Assembly (NCBI GenBank): GCA_964199315.1
Contig: OZ116699.1
Span: 32,674,001-32,738,000 of the forward strand
Reading direction: 5' to 3'
DNA from: Orbicella franksi
Taxonomy: Eukaryota
Length of the DNA: 64,000 nucleotides
The position numbers and the translations under genes are program-made. Positions 1 through 11,300 of the stretch are shown here, in pieces. The notes beneath the pieces are model-generated. The model ran no database searches and had not been told where the DNA came from. It saw only the letters and a program-made list of their open reading frames with translations. The first letter of the stretch is position 1, and every line of letters starts with the position of its first letter.

Positions 1-688
1 AGTTTATTTGCAAAGGACTTTACGTTGGACACCAGTGGAGTTTGTATTCTGGTTCTGGTTCTGGTTCCACTTGGTCACCAAAGGACAACCACTGTAAAAT
101 TTGGCATGCATAACTTAACCTGCCATTTATTAGCCTACAGTAGCAAGTCTATCTTAGCACAACTATCTAATGGATTTAAAATTTTGATAGGTGAAAACTT
201 AACCTGACCTGAAATATTGACTGACAAGGTCAACCTACAAGCCAGTTTCTTAATTCTTGTACACGAAATCAAGAAAAAAAAAAAAAACACAAGAGAGCAA
301 AAACTTTGTCTGGTCAAACTGACCAACGAACCGACCAACATTGCCTTTGGACAGACAAATGAATGAAGAAAATTACCCATAATTACAAACTTGATTTTCT
401 CGTAAATTAGGTTTTTTGCCTCCAGTTTCCATCCTGAATAGTGACTATTATTTTGCCTTGTCATATAAAGCATTCCAAAACGTGCAAATATAGTTGCAGG
501 GTATTCTAGATTACTAACGATAATTATTTTGTAGATTACTGTAATATTAAAATTTCAGTCCTTTGGGGAAAGTCGATAAAGGATGTACATTTAAGTATTT
601 TTACACAGATACTTAATTCTATCCTGTTTAAGCAATGTTAAAGTATCTGTAAGATTAATTTCATTTTAAGCTTAAATATGGAAGTCAC

Positions 689-841
689 CTTTTTACTCAT
701 GGCACAGATTCCAATCCTGATTTTAGGTATTCCATCTTCTTCTTCATCATCATCGTCATCATCCGCGACATCAAATCTACTGAAAGGTCTTGGATAGTCA
801 CCCATTTGTTCCAAAAAATCAAGAAGGCTCAAAGACGACAT
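689..841 (-). CDS. PPIP5K: First coding exon of a second (tandem paralog) inositol hexakisphosphate/diphosphoinositol-pentakisphosphate kinase; rest of gene lies outside the window
   Basis: ATG at 841 gives [51 protein letters not shown], then a phase-0 GT donor (GTGACT) at 688. This is the same boundary as exon 1 of the full copy (24028-24183). An AG acceptor lies just above 895 in the 5' UTR. Confidence 0.85.
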
Positions 842-1167
842 GACACTGAGTGACACCTCTCATTTACACACCATCCCCTCATTTTGTAGACAGCTCTGTT
901 GATAAAGGTTGAAATGAGCTCAAGTTTATTTTAGTTGAAGTTGTGACAATTTATTAATCAAGCTTCAAATAAGTGATTCATTTCAAACTTTAAATTACCT
1001 AGCTTAAGAATTGCTTAGTGAGAAAAGCTGATGTCTGTATATAGTAAGGTTGTTGTTTTATTAAATTAAGCTCACTGCACATCTCTAAGCTCGCAATTTT
1101 TGGGAAATACATTGGCCAAAAGAATAAACAGGTTATAAAAATAAAAGTGAAACTAACTTTGACCTAC

Positions 1168-1400
1168 CGACGAACAAAGATCAACACAAAAGAACAAACC
1201 CTGCGAGACAGAGATCAGAACAGGAAAAATTTTTGATAAAAAAATTGCCCTTAAAATGGAGAAACGCCGGAAAGCTATGAGCACCAGATGACGTACTCGT
1301 GTTGGGCGGGTTGTCGGTCGGTTGCTCTTCTTACTAGCGGCCGCTTTCGGTTTGGTCAGCAGCTGAAAACCGACATCGAAAGGTAGCTACGTCATGTACC
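1168..1400 (-). promoter_or_regulatory. Candidate non-coding first exon/promoter of the PPIP5K paralog
   Basis: CpG-rich patch (GGGCGGG, TGACGT, GCGGCCGC) in AT-rich DNA, with a minus-strand donor GTAGGT near 1167 that could splice to the acceptor above 895. Inference only. Confidence 0.35.
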
Positions 1401-1628
1401 AATACTAAAGTGTAGTTAGGATTCCTTGTTTGTTGACGTTTTGATAAATCCAGACCTACATATTTACCTGTTTACCGCTTTTTTACGGTTGTTCCATGCA
1501 TTCTCTTATGTTCTACTGTTCGAATGCGAACCTCTATTAAGTGGCCGCCTGTTAAACTGCCACCCCTAGTAGGCGACCAGTAATCAAAGTCCCGATGAGG
1601 ACTTTTTCATTGTTTACCCAGCTAAGAC

Positions 1629-1946
1629 TAGCCTGCGAACGCAGACGTATTTCCGGCTGTCTCTTGTTTCCGCCGAAAAATAACGTCTGCGAACCCGAGC
1701 CAGGCAACGATTTCTGTGACGTAATGACTTTTGTTTCTCCTTGGCCAATCAGATTCCATGATAGAATGAAACTCGAGTGTTCCTCGCAGCGAATACCTCG
1801 CACAGTAGTTCTGGGGTTATTTGAGCTAAACTGTGATTGGCTTAGAATTTCTACGTCACAGAAATCGTTTTCTGGCTCGGGTTTGCAGACGTTATTTTTT
1901 GGCGGAACCAAGTGACAGCCGGACATACGTCTGCGTTCGCAGGCTA
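1629..1946. mobile_element. MITE with ~95-bp terminal inverted repeats (TAGCCTGCGAACGCAGACG...) and 9-bp TSD
   Basis: Ends are reverse complements. AGCTAAGAC is duplicated at 1620-1628 and 1947-1955. Confidence 0.9.
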
Positions 1947-1955
1947 AGCTAAGAC

Positions 1956-2300
1956 TGGAGAATATCCGAGTGTTATAATCCATGAAATATTTTCGCTCCA
2001 CGCGATTGGTCTAAACACGTCACGTGACTGAATATGCCCCAGGTCACCCCGCTAAAACTGGGGAATATCGTCAATATCCGAGTGATATTCCCCAATTTGT
2101 CCTTATGTATATTTGTCCTTGGACATTATCGCCTATTATCTGTTCCTTAAAGCCCACAGTTTTCCTCGAGCTACGCTCTCGGAAAACTGTTCTCTTATCG
2201 GAACAGATAATGGTTATGTCCGCGGACAAATATCCGAGCATATTTTGCGCCAAATGGAGGCTATTGTTTATATATTCACTGCGCGTGTTGCGACTATATA
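1956..2300. repeat. Interspersed repeat fragment, with a second partial copy at ~4030-4110
   Basis: Shared core GGACATTATCTGTTCCT..AA..C.CACAGTTTTCCTCG.GCTA at both sites, plus an internal inverted segment (GGAACAGATAAT..TGTCC). Confidence 0.6.
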
Positions 2301-2443
2301 ATGGGCTCCATTTGCCGCAAAAAATGCTTGGATAAATTTCGGACGATTTTAATGTCGGACAAAAAAAGTGCCCAAAAACAACATCGTCCGAAATGTTTAA
2401 GCTTGTCCGAAATATTTATAGTACAGTATAGAACTTTGAAGTA

Positions 2444-2811
2444 CAGTCCAACCTCTCTAATGAGGACACCGAACAGACAGGCGAAGTGTCCGCATTAGCC
2501 GAGGTGTCCGTATTGGTGAGGTCACTATGATGACGTCACTTCAAAGTCTCCATAGTATTTTCGATTACACTGTATTGAGGTTGCATTTGTAAATGTAAGT
2601 TTTGGAAACTAAAACTAACACCTGGTCCCCGGAGTAATAACGAGGTAAAATGTGTATGAATTTGCTCCCCAGGGCCGAGATTTAGTGTCCGCTGTCCGTT
2701 TTAGAGAAAGCCCGTATTAAAGAGGTTTTTTAGAGGAAACGTATGAGAATTTTGTCGGCTCACAGGAAACTGTCCGTATTAGAGAGCTGTCCGTATGGAG
2801 AGATTCAACTG
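2444..2811. mobile_element. Tc1/mariner-like MITE
   Basis: TA|CAGTCCAACCTCTCTAAT ... ATGGAGAGATTCAACTG|TA: imperfect TIRs and a TA target duplication. Confidence 0.8.
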
Positions 2812-4277
2812 TAGCTCCAAAGCGCTTAGTTCTTTTTGCCTCGTGTCCATGTGACCTGTTCAGGTAACCAAATTTCACGTGGAAACGAGGTATGTGTGGG
2901 CAAATCGCTAAACTTCTGTGTGAGAAATTCCTGTGTAACCGTTCTTTGCGTTCCTAATAATGTAAGATTCCTCTGAAGGGCGGTTCTGGAAACTCGCGGG
3001 GTTTTTTTGTTTATGAAAGACAAGCATAAAATGCTGAATTGGCGGCAGTTTGTGCCATTGATTTTGGTAGCCACCCTGTGCAGATTCAAGACACCCTATT
3101 TATTCCTTTTTAACGGGGACTGGCATGAAGATCATAAAGACCTTGGAGACGCAATCATTTGTGACAGGCTGTTTTTAGCGTTTTATTTCATGTCCGAGCC
3201 CACGGTTAACACAACTCGCTCGCGATTTAATCAGTTTTGGCAACAATTGACAGTAAAACGTTGAAGTGACGGGCTAAACGTCACGCACAAAAATCTAAAG
3301 ATCACAATGAGCGGATTGAAAACTAACAACTAATGCGCATTTTCTGTGAATAAACAAACAGGTATAAAAAAAAAAAAAAAAAAAATTGCTAATATTATGA
3401 TCAACATCTCACTATGATATATATGGGTAACCAGCATCAGGCCAGATCGTATTAATTCGTAAATTATGATACCGGAAGTGTAAGGCTTGTAGTCTGTATA
3501 GTACGCGCGTCACCCCCCTAGCGTACTTGCGTCAATAGGAGCAAGTGAACGAATCACCCGGATCCAAAAGATTATGATCCTTGCCCAGGAATGAATCGCC
3601 CTGACTGGTTTTCCATTCCTCTGTCAATAAGCGTCAGATCGAGTCGGATCGAATTGTACTCCCTAAAAAAACCTGAAGTGGATGTGCGCTCCTGTTTACT
3701 TTAGCTAGCCTCATTTTACACTTGTTTGGTTCAGCAGTGGATTTCTCCGCTCTACAGCAAGCGCCACGAGACAGGCCAAAAGGGCCTTTTGATCCTTTAC
3801 GGAGCGAATTCTAGTCGAGACATTGCTTGAGGTACGTAACGACCTGATATAATTTGTGTTATTTTCTCGTCTGTAAGATCTTAAGGCTGTTTGTTTCAGT
3901 CTAATTCGTGTTTTGTAGCCGTAAATTTACGTATCTGTCTGAAATTTGTCCGAAATGAGATAAAAATTGTCCGAAAATTAAACGCTACGTTTTTTTTCTT
4001 TTTCTTTTTTTTTGCAAGTAATGTATTTGAACTTGGACATTATCTGTTCCTCAAAACTCACAGTTTTCCTCGGGCTAAGCTCCTGGAAAAATGTCGTTAC
4101 ACGTTCGCGAACAGGAAAGTTTGTTAGCAAGCTGCCGCTTGGCGTTAGTATCGCGGAGACATTCAAACGTGTGTTTGAATGTTTTTATCAGTCGTCAAAT
4201 TCCATTTCGAACTCTCATCTGTCATCTTCTTTTTGAAAAGAAAGCCAAACTATGTTTGTTTATTAAAATTTTGGGTG

Positions 4278-4438
4278 GCCGCTTTATAGGGGTAAGGGCA
4301 ATAGAGAAGATGACCTAAAGATGGCCGGGGCCGCTTGATAATAGTGGTTTTATTTGCAGTATTTTACTGACAACAATTTCGGAATTTTGATAACTGGCCG
4401 CTTTATAAAGGGTAGCCGCTTAATAGAGGTTCGACTGC
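4278..4438. mobile_element. Tc1-like MITE right end; a matching left end lies at ~1526-1620
   Basis: GCCGCTTAATAGAGGTTCGACTG at 4416-4438 is the reverse complement of CGAACCTCTATTAAGTGGC at ~1527. Repeated GGCCGCTT subterminal motifs. Confidence 0.6.
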
Positions 4439-5340
4439 AACTGTCAACATAAGAGTAGCCTTGACTCGCTACCAGATACTAAGGAAAAGCTCAATGAAAT
4501 AAACCATGATTAGACTTTAAAATACTATATTTTTAATTCACTTTTATTTGATTTTACAACAATGTTTCATTTCATATAAATTTGATAAAAATACCTAAAT
4601 TATGTCTTATAAGTTTAAAATCGATAGCCATGGCAACAAAATATATAAACTTATGTATCTCTTTCGTTGAAGCGTTTTAAGATCAAAAATCAATTCTGCC
4701 TTTCGTTCGGTAGTATAATTCATGTCTTACAATGACACAGTAATACTATTGTAAAATAGTCGCCAAGCGTAGCGAACTGTTACATTACTTACATTATATT
4801 TGATTCATTGCATACTGCATCGGAGCACGGTACAGCAAATCACATTGCACTGTAATCCTCTTGAAGTGGCTGCGATAATTTGAACACTAGCTACCTAAGT
4901 TTCTTGTGCGTTACAGCTTTATAATTTGTAACCTCGTCGGTCTTTTTTCCCAGCCTGACTTGCCGGTTAGCAACACTGTAAATGTACAATCTTTTGAATA
5001 CATGGTTGAATGAATAAAACTTTGTTCACACTGTGCAAAATACCGTACTGTACTTTAAAAACGCAAGAAGCCATGGAGGATCTCCCTTTCGAACTTAAAA
5101 AGGTTGGCATAATATTTTCATGATTTGAGACCCGTGATGTGTTTTCTTAAACACTTGTTACATAAATTTAATAAAAAATACCTGATTTACATCTTGCGCA
5201 CTACCAGTTTTATAATTTTAACATCAATAAAGCTCTATAATAACAAAATTTCTAAAAAATACGCTTGTTGCCACTGCGAAAATATTTAAATTTATGTATC
5301 TAACACTTGTCCATGGTGACTGCACGACAGATCACTGTTG

Positions 5341-8300
5341 TCAAGAATGCAGTTTTTCGATTGCCTCTGTTAGCAAGTCTGTAACGTTACCCTCCCGAGA
5401 AATGCTCCTTGATGGCCAAGGCACTGGCGGAAAACGGATTTTGATGTTTTGACCAGTCACTTTGTCAAAGAACTTGTCCATCTTCTTTAGAGGTACAGCA
5501 TTGTGCAATGTACGCAGGGGGTTCAGTGATTCCACTTTGGTCATTTCTTCATAATATTCTGCAACTTAAGATATAACCAAAATTCCCAACAGTTAGCATA
5601 AAAAAGGTAAAACGTAAAAACTTTAAAGCTCACAATTTAGATGGCAAATCTCAGCAGGTGATTTCAGCGAAGGACACGATGGTGAAGGTGTTGCCTTTTC
5701 AGTAAATGCCCATGAACAATTCCGATGAATAAATACATGAAGTAAATGGACAGTGTTAGTATTGTGTTGCATCGTAATTACCCTTTTCAAGAAGGAATCT
5801 GGTGTTACATAAAGGCAATAAATCATCTTTTAGTGCGCGATATCTCTCATAACCTGTCTCTTTCACATCGTAGGTGTAGAGCAAAGTTAATCAGGAATTG
5901 CGGGTCAGTGAGAGGGCAACCAAATGCTTCTATTTATTTTCTAACCGAGGAAGAACAAGACAGTACGTCTTAAAACACGGTCTATGGGGGTTCATGCAGT
6001 ATTTGTAAATAAACCGTTGTTGGTCTTACTGCGTGGCTTGCTACTTTGCTTGGAGCTTCTCGTAACGGAGTGTGGCCTCACAACCCAAGCACTCTGAATG
6101 TCGAAGGAAAACTTTCTAAGAGCACGAATGGCAGATGCAGATCCTACAAAAAACAGCAATACGTGGTTATACCAATATTGAGGGCAACTATAACAATACT
6201 GAAATTACTATCCCGTTGCTCGGCCTATGGACCGATGTGGTGGCTTTTAACCTAGGGCATGCAGTTTCTGCCCATCCCCTCCAGGTGAGAGTGACGAGCG
6301 TCACAGAGCATATTGTATAAACGTTTAGAGCATTTTCAATACGAATTAAGGTTTCCGTCAATCAACAGGGCCCTGTAAGTCCTCCAACCTTCCTCCCCCT
6401 CCTGACCAGTTGAGAGTGGGGAAGCATCAAAGAGCATTTTGCTCCATTTTTGGCGCTTTCACAGAAGAACACGTTGGAAAAACGAACACAAACTGTACCA
6501 TCGATCTAATTTATGGTGAAAGAGTACATACCTAAACGCCCAATTACATAGTGCACTCGTTTTATCCTAAGTTGCTGATGAAATCCAGTCTTAAAAACTG
6601 AACATCAACTAAGTAAGTAGTTACAATTTTAAAAGGGATACTCCAACTGCTGTCGTAATGTAAAAAATAAAGTAGTAACCAGGCCTGTCAGATATCATAG
6701 AGAGTAGTAAACCAATACCACAATCAGGACGGAAAAATGATCAAAATGAAACTGGTTACAAAAGCCCGTGGTTTGCTTTTGCTCCTGATCGGTTGAAGCA
6801 ACAGCGAGTATTTCAGTGATTAGAGCACGTAATGCAACAACAAAGTGCACACAAGAAGTCCCACTAGTAATGTGGAACCCCTTAAACAGCTCTCTGTCAT
6901 GTTGCATCAACAATGCTGAAAACTAAACATCAAAAAATGTGGGGTTCAATTAAGTACAAGTCATCCCCAAAGGCCATGGCATCTATGAAACCCGAGCCAT
7001 CTCAGGAGATTTTATTACCAAGCACTAGAGATTCTAGGGTCCTTTTTGTTGACAATACACCATCAGTGTCCTTACCAGCATTGAATCTTTTCCTGTATGA
7101 AGAAGATGACTCGATAGTCTTCACTTGCTGACCATGCTCAAAGCTCCGTGTGCGAGCAGCTGGAGGTTTCGAGGTTCCTGTCGATAAACCAAGTCATTGA
7201 AGTGAAAGAAGTCAAATGGATACAAAAAATCAGATGCTGTGAGCGAGACAATTCAGCTAGGGATTCAGCACAGAAAAAGAAAAAGAAGAGCCTCTTTCAT
7301 CTGCGAAAACTCTTTGTTGTCAATCAAAAGGAAAACCCCATTGTATGTTATGCAAACTTACGTCAATGTTTCAGTGGTATAGTCTAAACAATGCTGCAAC
7401 AGTAATTGAATTTTATGTGGCTGCAATGTTACAATTTCACATTGCAACCTGGCCGCTTTGAATTTGAAATGGCCACCTCTTTCATCATTTCATCATATCA
7501 TCATATAATAACCCAATGAACAATATACCATGTGTAATACTCTTCTTGAAGTTTCATAGCTTGGCCAATTAGGGATAAGCGGGATGAGTAATGGTCAGTA
7601 CAGGCTATTCAACAAACTGTACTTCCTTTTGGTTTTTGTACCATTCCGTTTACCTTTCAAAGATCCGATAGAAACTGGCAAACACTTGAAGACTCACTAG
7701 ACATAGATGCGTCATATCATATCATGTTCCCTTCGGTAACTGAATATGTAATATTAACATGTACTGCACAACTATTAAGTTAAACAAACCTCCTAGGCTA
7801 TTTAATCACATTACACCATTTTTAAAGAAGTGTTAACCTTTCCCGGGCTTTTGTAGTAACAGCAAATCATACTTGTTTGGTTATTCCATACTGATTTCTC
7901 TCACGTTTCTCTTATATGCATGATAACTGCATGGTTATTGCTCACTGCATACCTTGTGAATTCTTGTCAAGATTAACATTTTCTATCATAGAATGAGACT
8001 TAGCTCGGCCAACTGGTACATGACGTTCTGATGCATCTTCTTCCACAATACAGGTCACTGAACTGACCTTTCCCTCTCCTTTGTCTTTCTGTGCAACCTC
8101 TCGTGTTGCAGTTGCAACATTGTTCGCAAAGTCAGTTTCAGATCTACGTCTACTGAGTTGTCTGCCTTTTTTCCGAATCTGTTGTCCATGACAACTCTTT
8201 AGTTCAGTGTCACTCATGCTGTGCCGCCGTCTGCCTATAAACGTTTCCTCTTCAGGTAATTCGTCAATGGACATACCAGAAGAAAGATAAATGTCCTCTA

Positions 8301-11300
8301 CACTTGCTCCTAGGGCAGAATCAGAATAGTCATCGCTTCCGATTGCAGAACGTGGGAGCTCATTTCCGCTGTAAACAACTTCATCATAAGCTTCAAACTC
8401 ATTACTTTCTGCTGCCTCCTCATCAGCTGATTCTAGGCTCTGAGAGGTTCCAGTGGTCCATTTCACAGCTTTATTCACACAATCCTGATTTTCTTCGGCC
8501 TCATGCTGTCCAGGATTTGTGCTTGTGGTTACAAGAAGATGAGAGGATGCGGTAAGATCACAAAGAGATGTGTCTTCATTGATAACACTATCAGATGTAT
8601 CCTCACTTTGGTGACCACTATCCATCATTGTAGTTTCATCAACTTTGCAGCTCTTACAAGCATGTTCTACATCTTTGTCAGTTGAAGGGAAATTGGCCGC
8701 AGAAGATCTCATCTCCTCTTCACCAGCTTTTCTTGATGGAGAACTACTTGCCAAGAACTCTGGATCATCCAAGGTCTTTGCTCCAGGGCTGAAGTGGAGT
8801 TCCACGTGAAATCGGTGATCAGAAAGAGGATCAGCCTCAGGGTCTTCATACAACATAAGCACCAACTGAGTCATATAGTTAAGCTCAGGAACCTGTTCCA
8901 AGAATTCTACAGCTCTCTCCCACTGCTCATCTGGAACATTCTAGAACGTTTTGAACCAAAAAAAGACTATGATAAAAGTAGTAATAACATCGCACGGATG
9001 TCACCTACTATGTGCATTTACCTGGAAAGACAACAAAGATGTAAAAAAATAGTCTTGAATTAAGGCTACGATTGACGGACACTGAGTTTTAAGAAAGATT
9101 AAATGGCCACACGCGTTGTGCACAGACGAAACTCTTGGTTTTCATGGAAACTAATTTAAAAGTGATAACACTAACACAGATTATGGCTTACTTCAAAAAG
9201 CTTTCCGTGTCTAAGAGCATTCAGCACCGTATGTACGTGACTCTCGCTAGTGAAGTACAGTCGCGTTCGAACTTGACGATGGGGGGCTTCCACACTCTGC
9301 AAGTAGCTATAGAGACAACTATGTGAAGAACTTTCGCAAGATATACAAAGTTAATTAATTCAATATGGCAAAGAAGTAAAGCTAACGTATACAATGCAAA
9401 TGGAGACATTTTGTTTGACCTATCAACTTTTTTCAGTTTTCTTATTATCGCCAAGAACCATATCTTGCTGTCCTGTTTACATGTAAAGATAACCTCTCCT
9501 AGCCTTGAAATTTCCGCGTTTTACTCAATGAAAAATTCTCTATGAAGGTACACTTGTGTTTAAAAATAATAAACTGACAAAATGGAGAGCGAAATGGCCA
9601 ACCCTGTACGCATGAACTACTCAATTCTTGCCTCAGGAGATGTGCCACTGTTTCTTTCCTACTTTTCTCTTTCGCTCTTTTATTCTCATTGTTTTTTGTT
9701 TCTATATGCACAAGTTTGCTCGATCTCTAGAGCGGTGAGTTTTCAACAAGTATAAATTTCATGCTCTGTCTACTTCTTACTCAGGATTTAGACGAGTATG
9801 GATGTCTGACGAATCAGCATGTCGCAAATCTCCTTTGATGTTTCTTAAGAGCCTTGCACATACACTATGAGCAACGCTAAGCTTCTCATCTCTTGTGATT
9901 CCATATTCCTGAAAGATATTTAATCCCACTTGGGTCAAACAGTTGATGACCGTCGATTTGGTTAAACTCTCCCAACAGGACGCTTTCTCACCAATTCACC
10001 TGAAAATATTCATCTGTAATATCCAACATTTCTGTCGACCAAATCATTCCAAAAACGGTTTTTTCTTTGATAGAAAACGAAAAATGCTCTACCAACACAT
10101 ATGACAAAACAAAATTGATTCCATATAGAAAGAACTAACGTTATCACTAGCCTCAACCCAAAACGGTTGGAAAAGTATTTTGTTGGGACACGTCAACCAA
10201 GTTAATTAAAAGCAGTTGTGATTGAAACGGTTAGTGCTACGAGAGCAATTACAACCATAATCTTATCTCTATACCGATCTCTAAGAAGGACCTAAACGTA
10301 TTAACATCTACGCTTACAAGATTAAATAAGCAAGTCGATACAAGACAAAGACGGCTCATACATGTGAGAGAATACTTATCTTAGCAATTTGCCCCAAAAG
10401 TGGGTTCACTTAAGCTCTAATTTGACTAGGAATATTTTCCCCCGTAAAACGAACTCTATGATATTAGTACGAGTGAAAGGTCAACGTTTTCCCATCATTG
10501 TACAGCCATTGGGTTGGGTTTAAGCCGACCCAAGGTTTGTAATAGACGAGTGCGCCCAGATTCCCGATGGACACCATAACTGCAATTTTTTACCTACAGG
10601 TTTTCGACTGATCGACTCACCTGTGGAATAACGATATCTGCAAAGGCCTTGGCACACTTGTACAAATCCAAACTGTTTATCAAGTTCAGCTGACTAAATT
10701 TAATAACAGAGTAAAGAAGACTCAGTCGGTGGTGAAGTAAGAAATGTATCTATCCTTTCGCTGGCTGTGCCTATGAGAAGTGTGAGAAGGAACAGTATTT
10801 TCACTCTCAATTTGAGTCACTCCAATACCACAGGTTTGCATATCTGATAGCCAGAAATGTCAGCCGTCTCTCGCCTGGTGGCGCGCAACGACAAAAGAGC
10901 ACTGCTGGAAATTCCGGCTACATTACCGCTTTCATGAGATTGGCCCTGATCTACTACATTCTACATCAGTCTCCTCACAGATCACTCTCCAAATACCCTG
11001 CTAACCAATCAGCCAAACGACTACACGAGATGTGTTTAATACACCTAAAACTGAGTTCGCATTTCACTGGGCGATACATGTTAGAATTAATTACTTCAAT
11101 TGTTTGAGAATTACGTAAGCGAGGTTTTCTGATCAAGTTCCAACCTGTTATGCTGTACATCATACTTGATGCAGTCGTAGATATCTGGAATAAGACTTAT
11201 ATCAAACTTCCCACTTCTCAGCTTGAAATCCTAAGAGACAACAAAGCGATTTTGGCATGTTACGTTGTTAAACTTAACTGACAGAATAATGTTGAACAAT

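Noticed and set aside
1552-2001. Overlapping 149-aa and 106-aa ORFs with near-identical sequences on opposite strands
   Set aside because: Artefact of the long TIRs of the 1629-1946 MITE.
6255-6520. Additional or alternative PPIP5K exon
   Set aside because: All frames from the nearest plausible acceptor hit stops; no homology recognised.
7362-7383. 22-nt PPIP5K microexon flanked by TTTAG and GTAAGT
   Set aside because: Inclusion shifts the frame relative to the downstream phase-1 exons. It could be a poison exon, but there is no support without RNA data.
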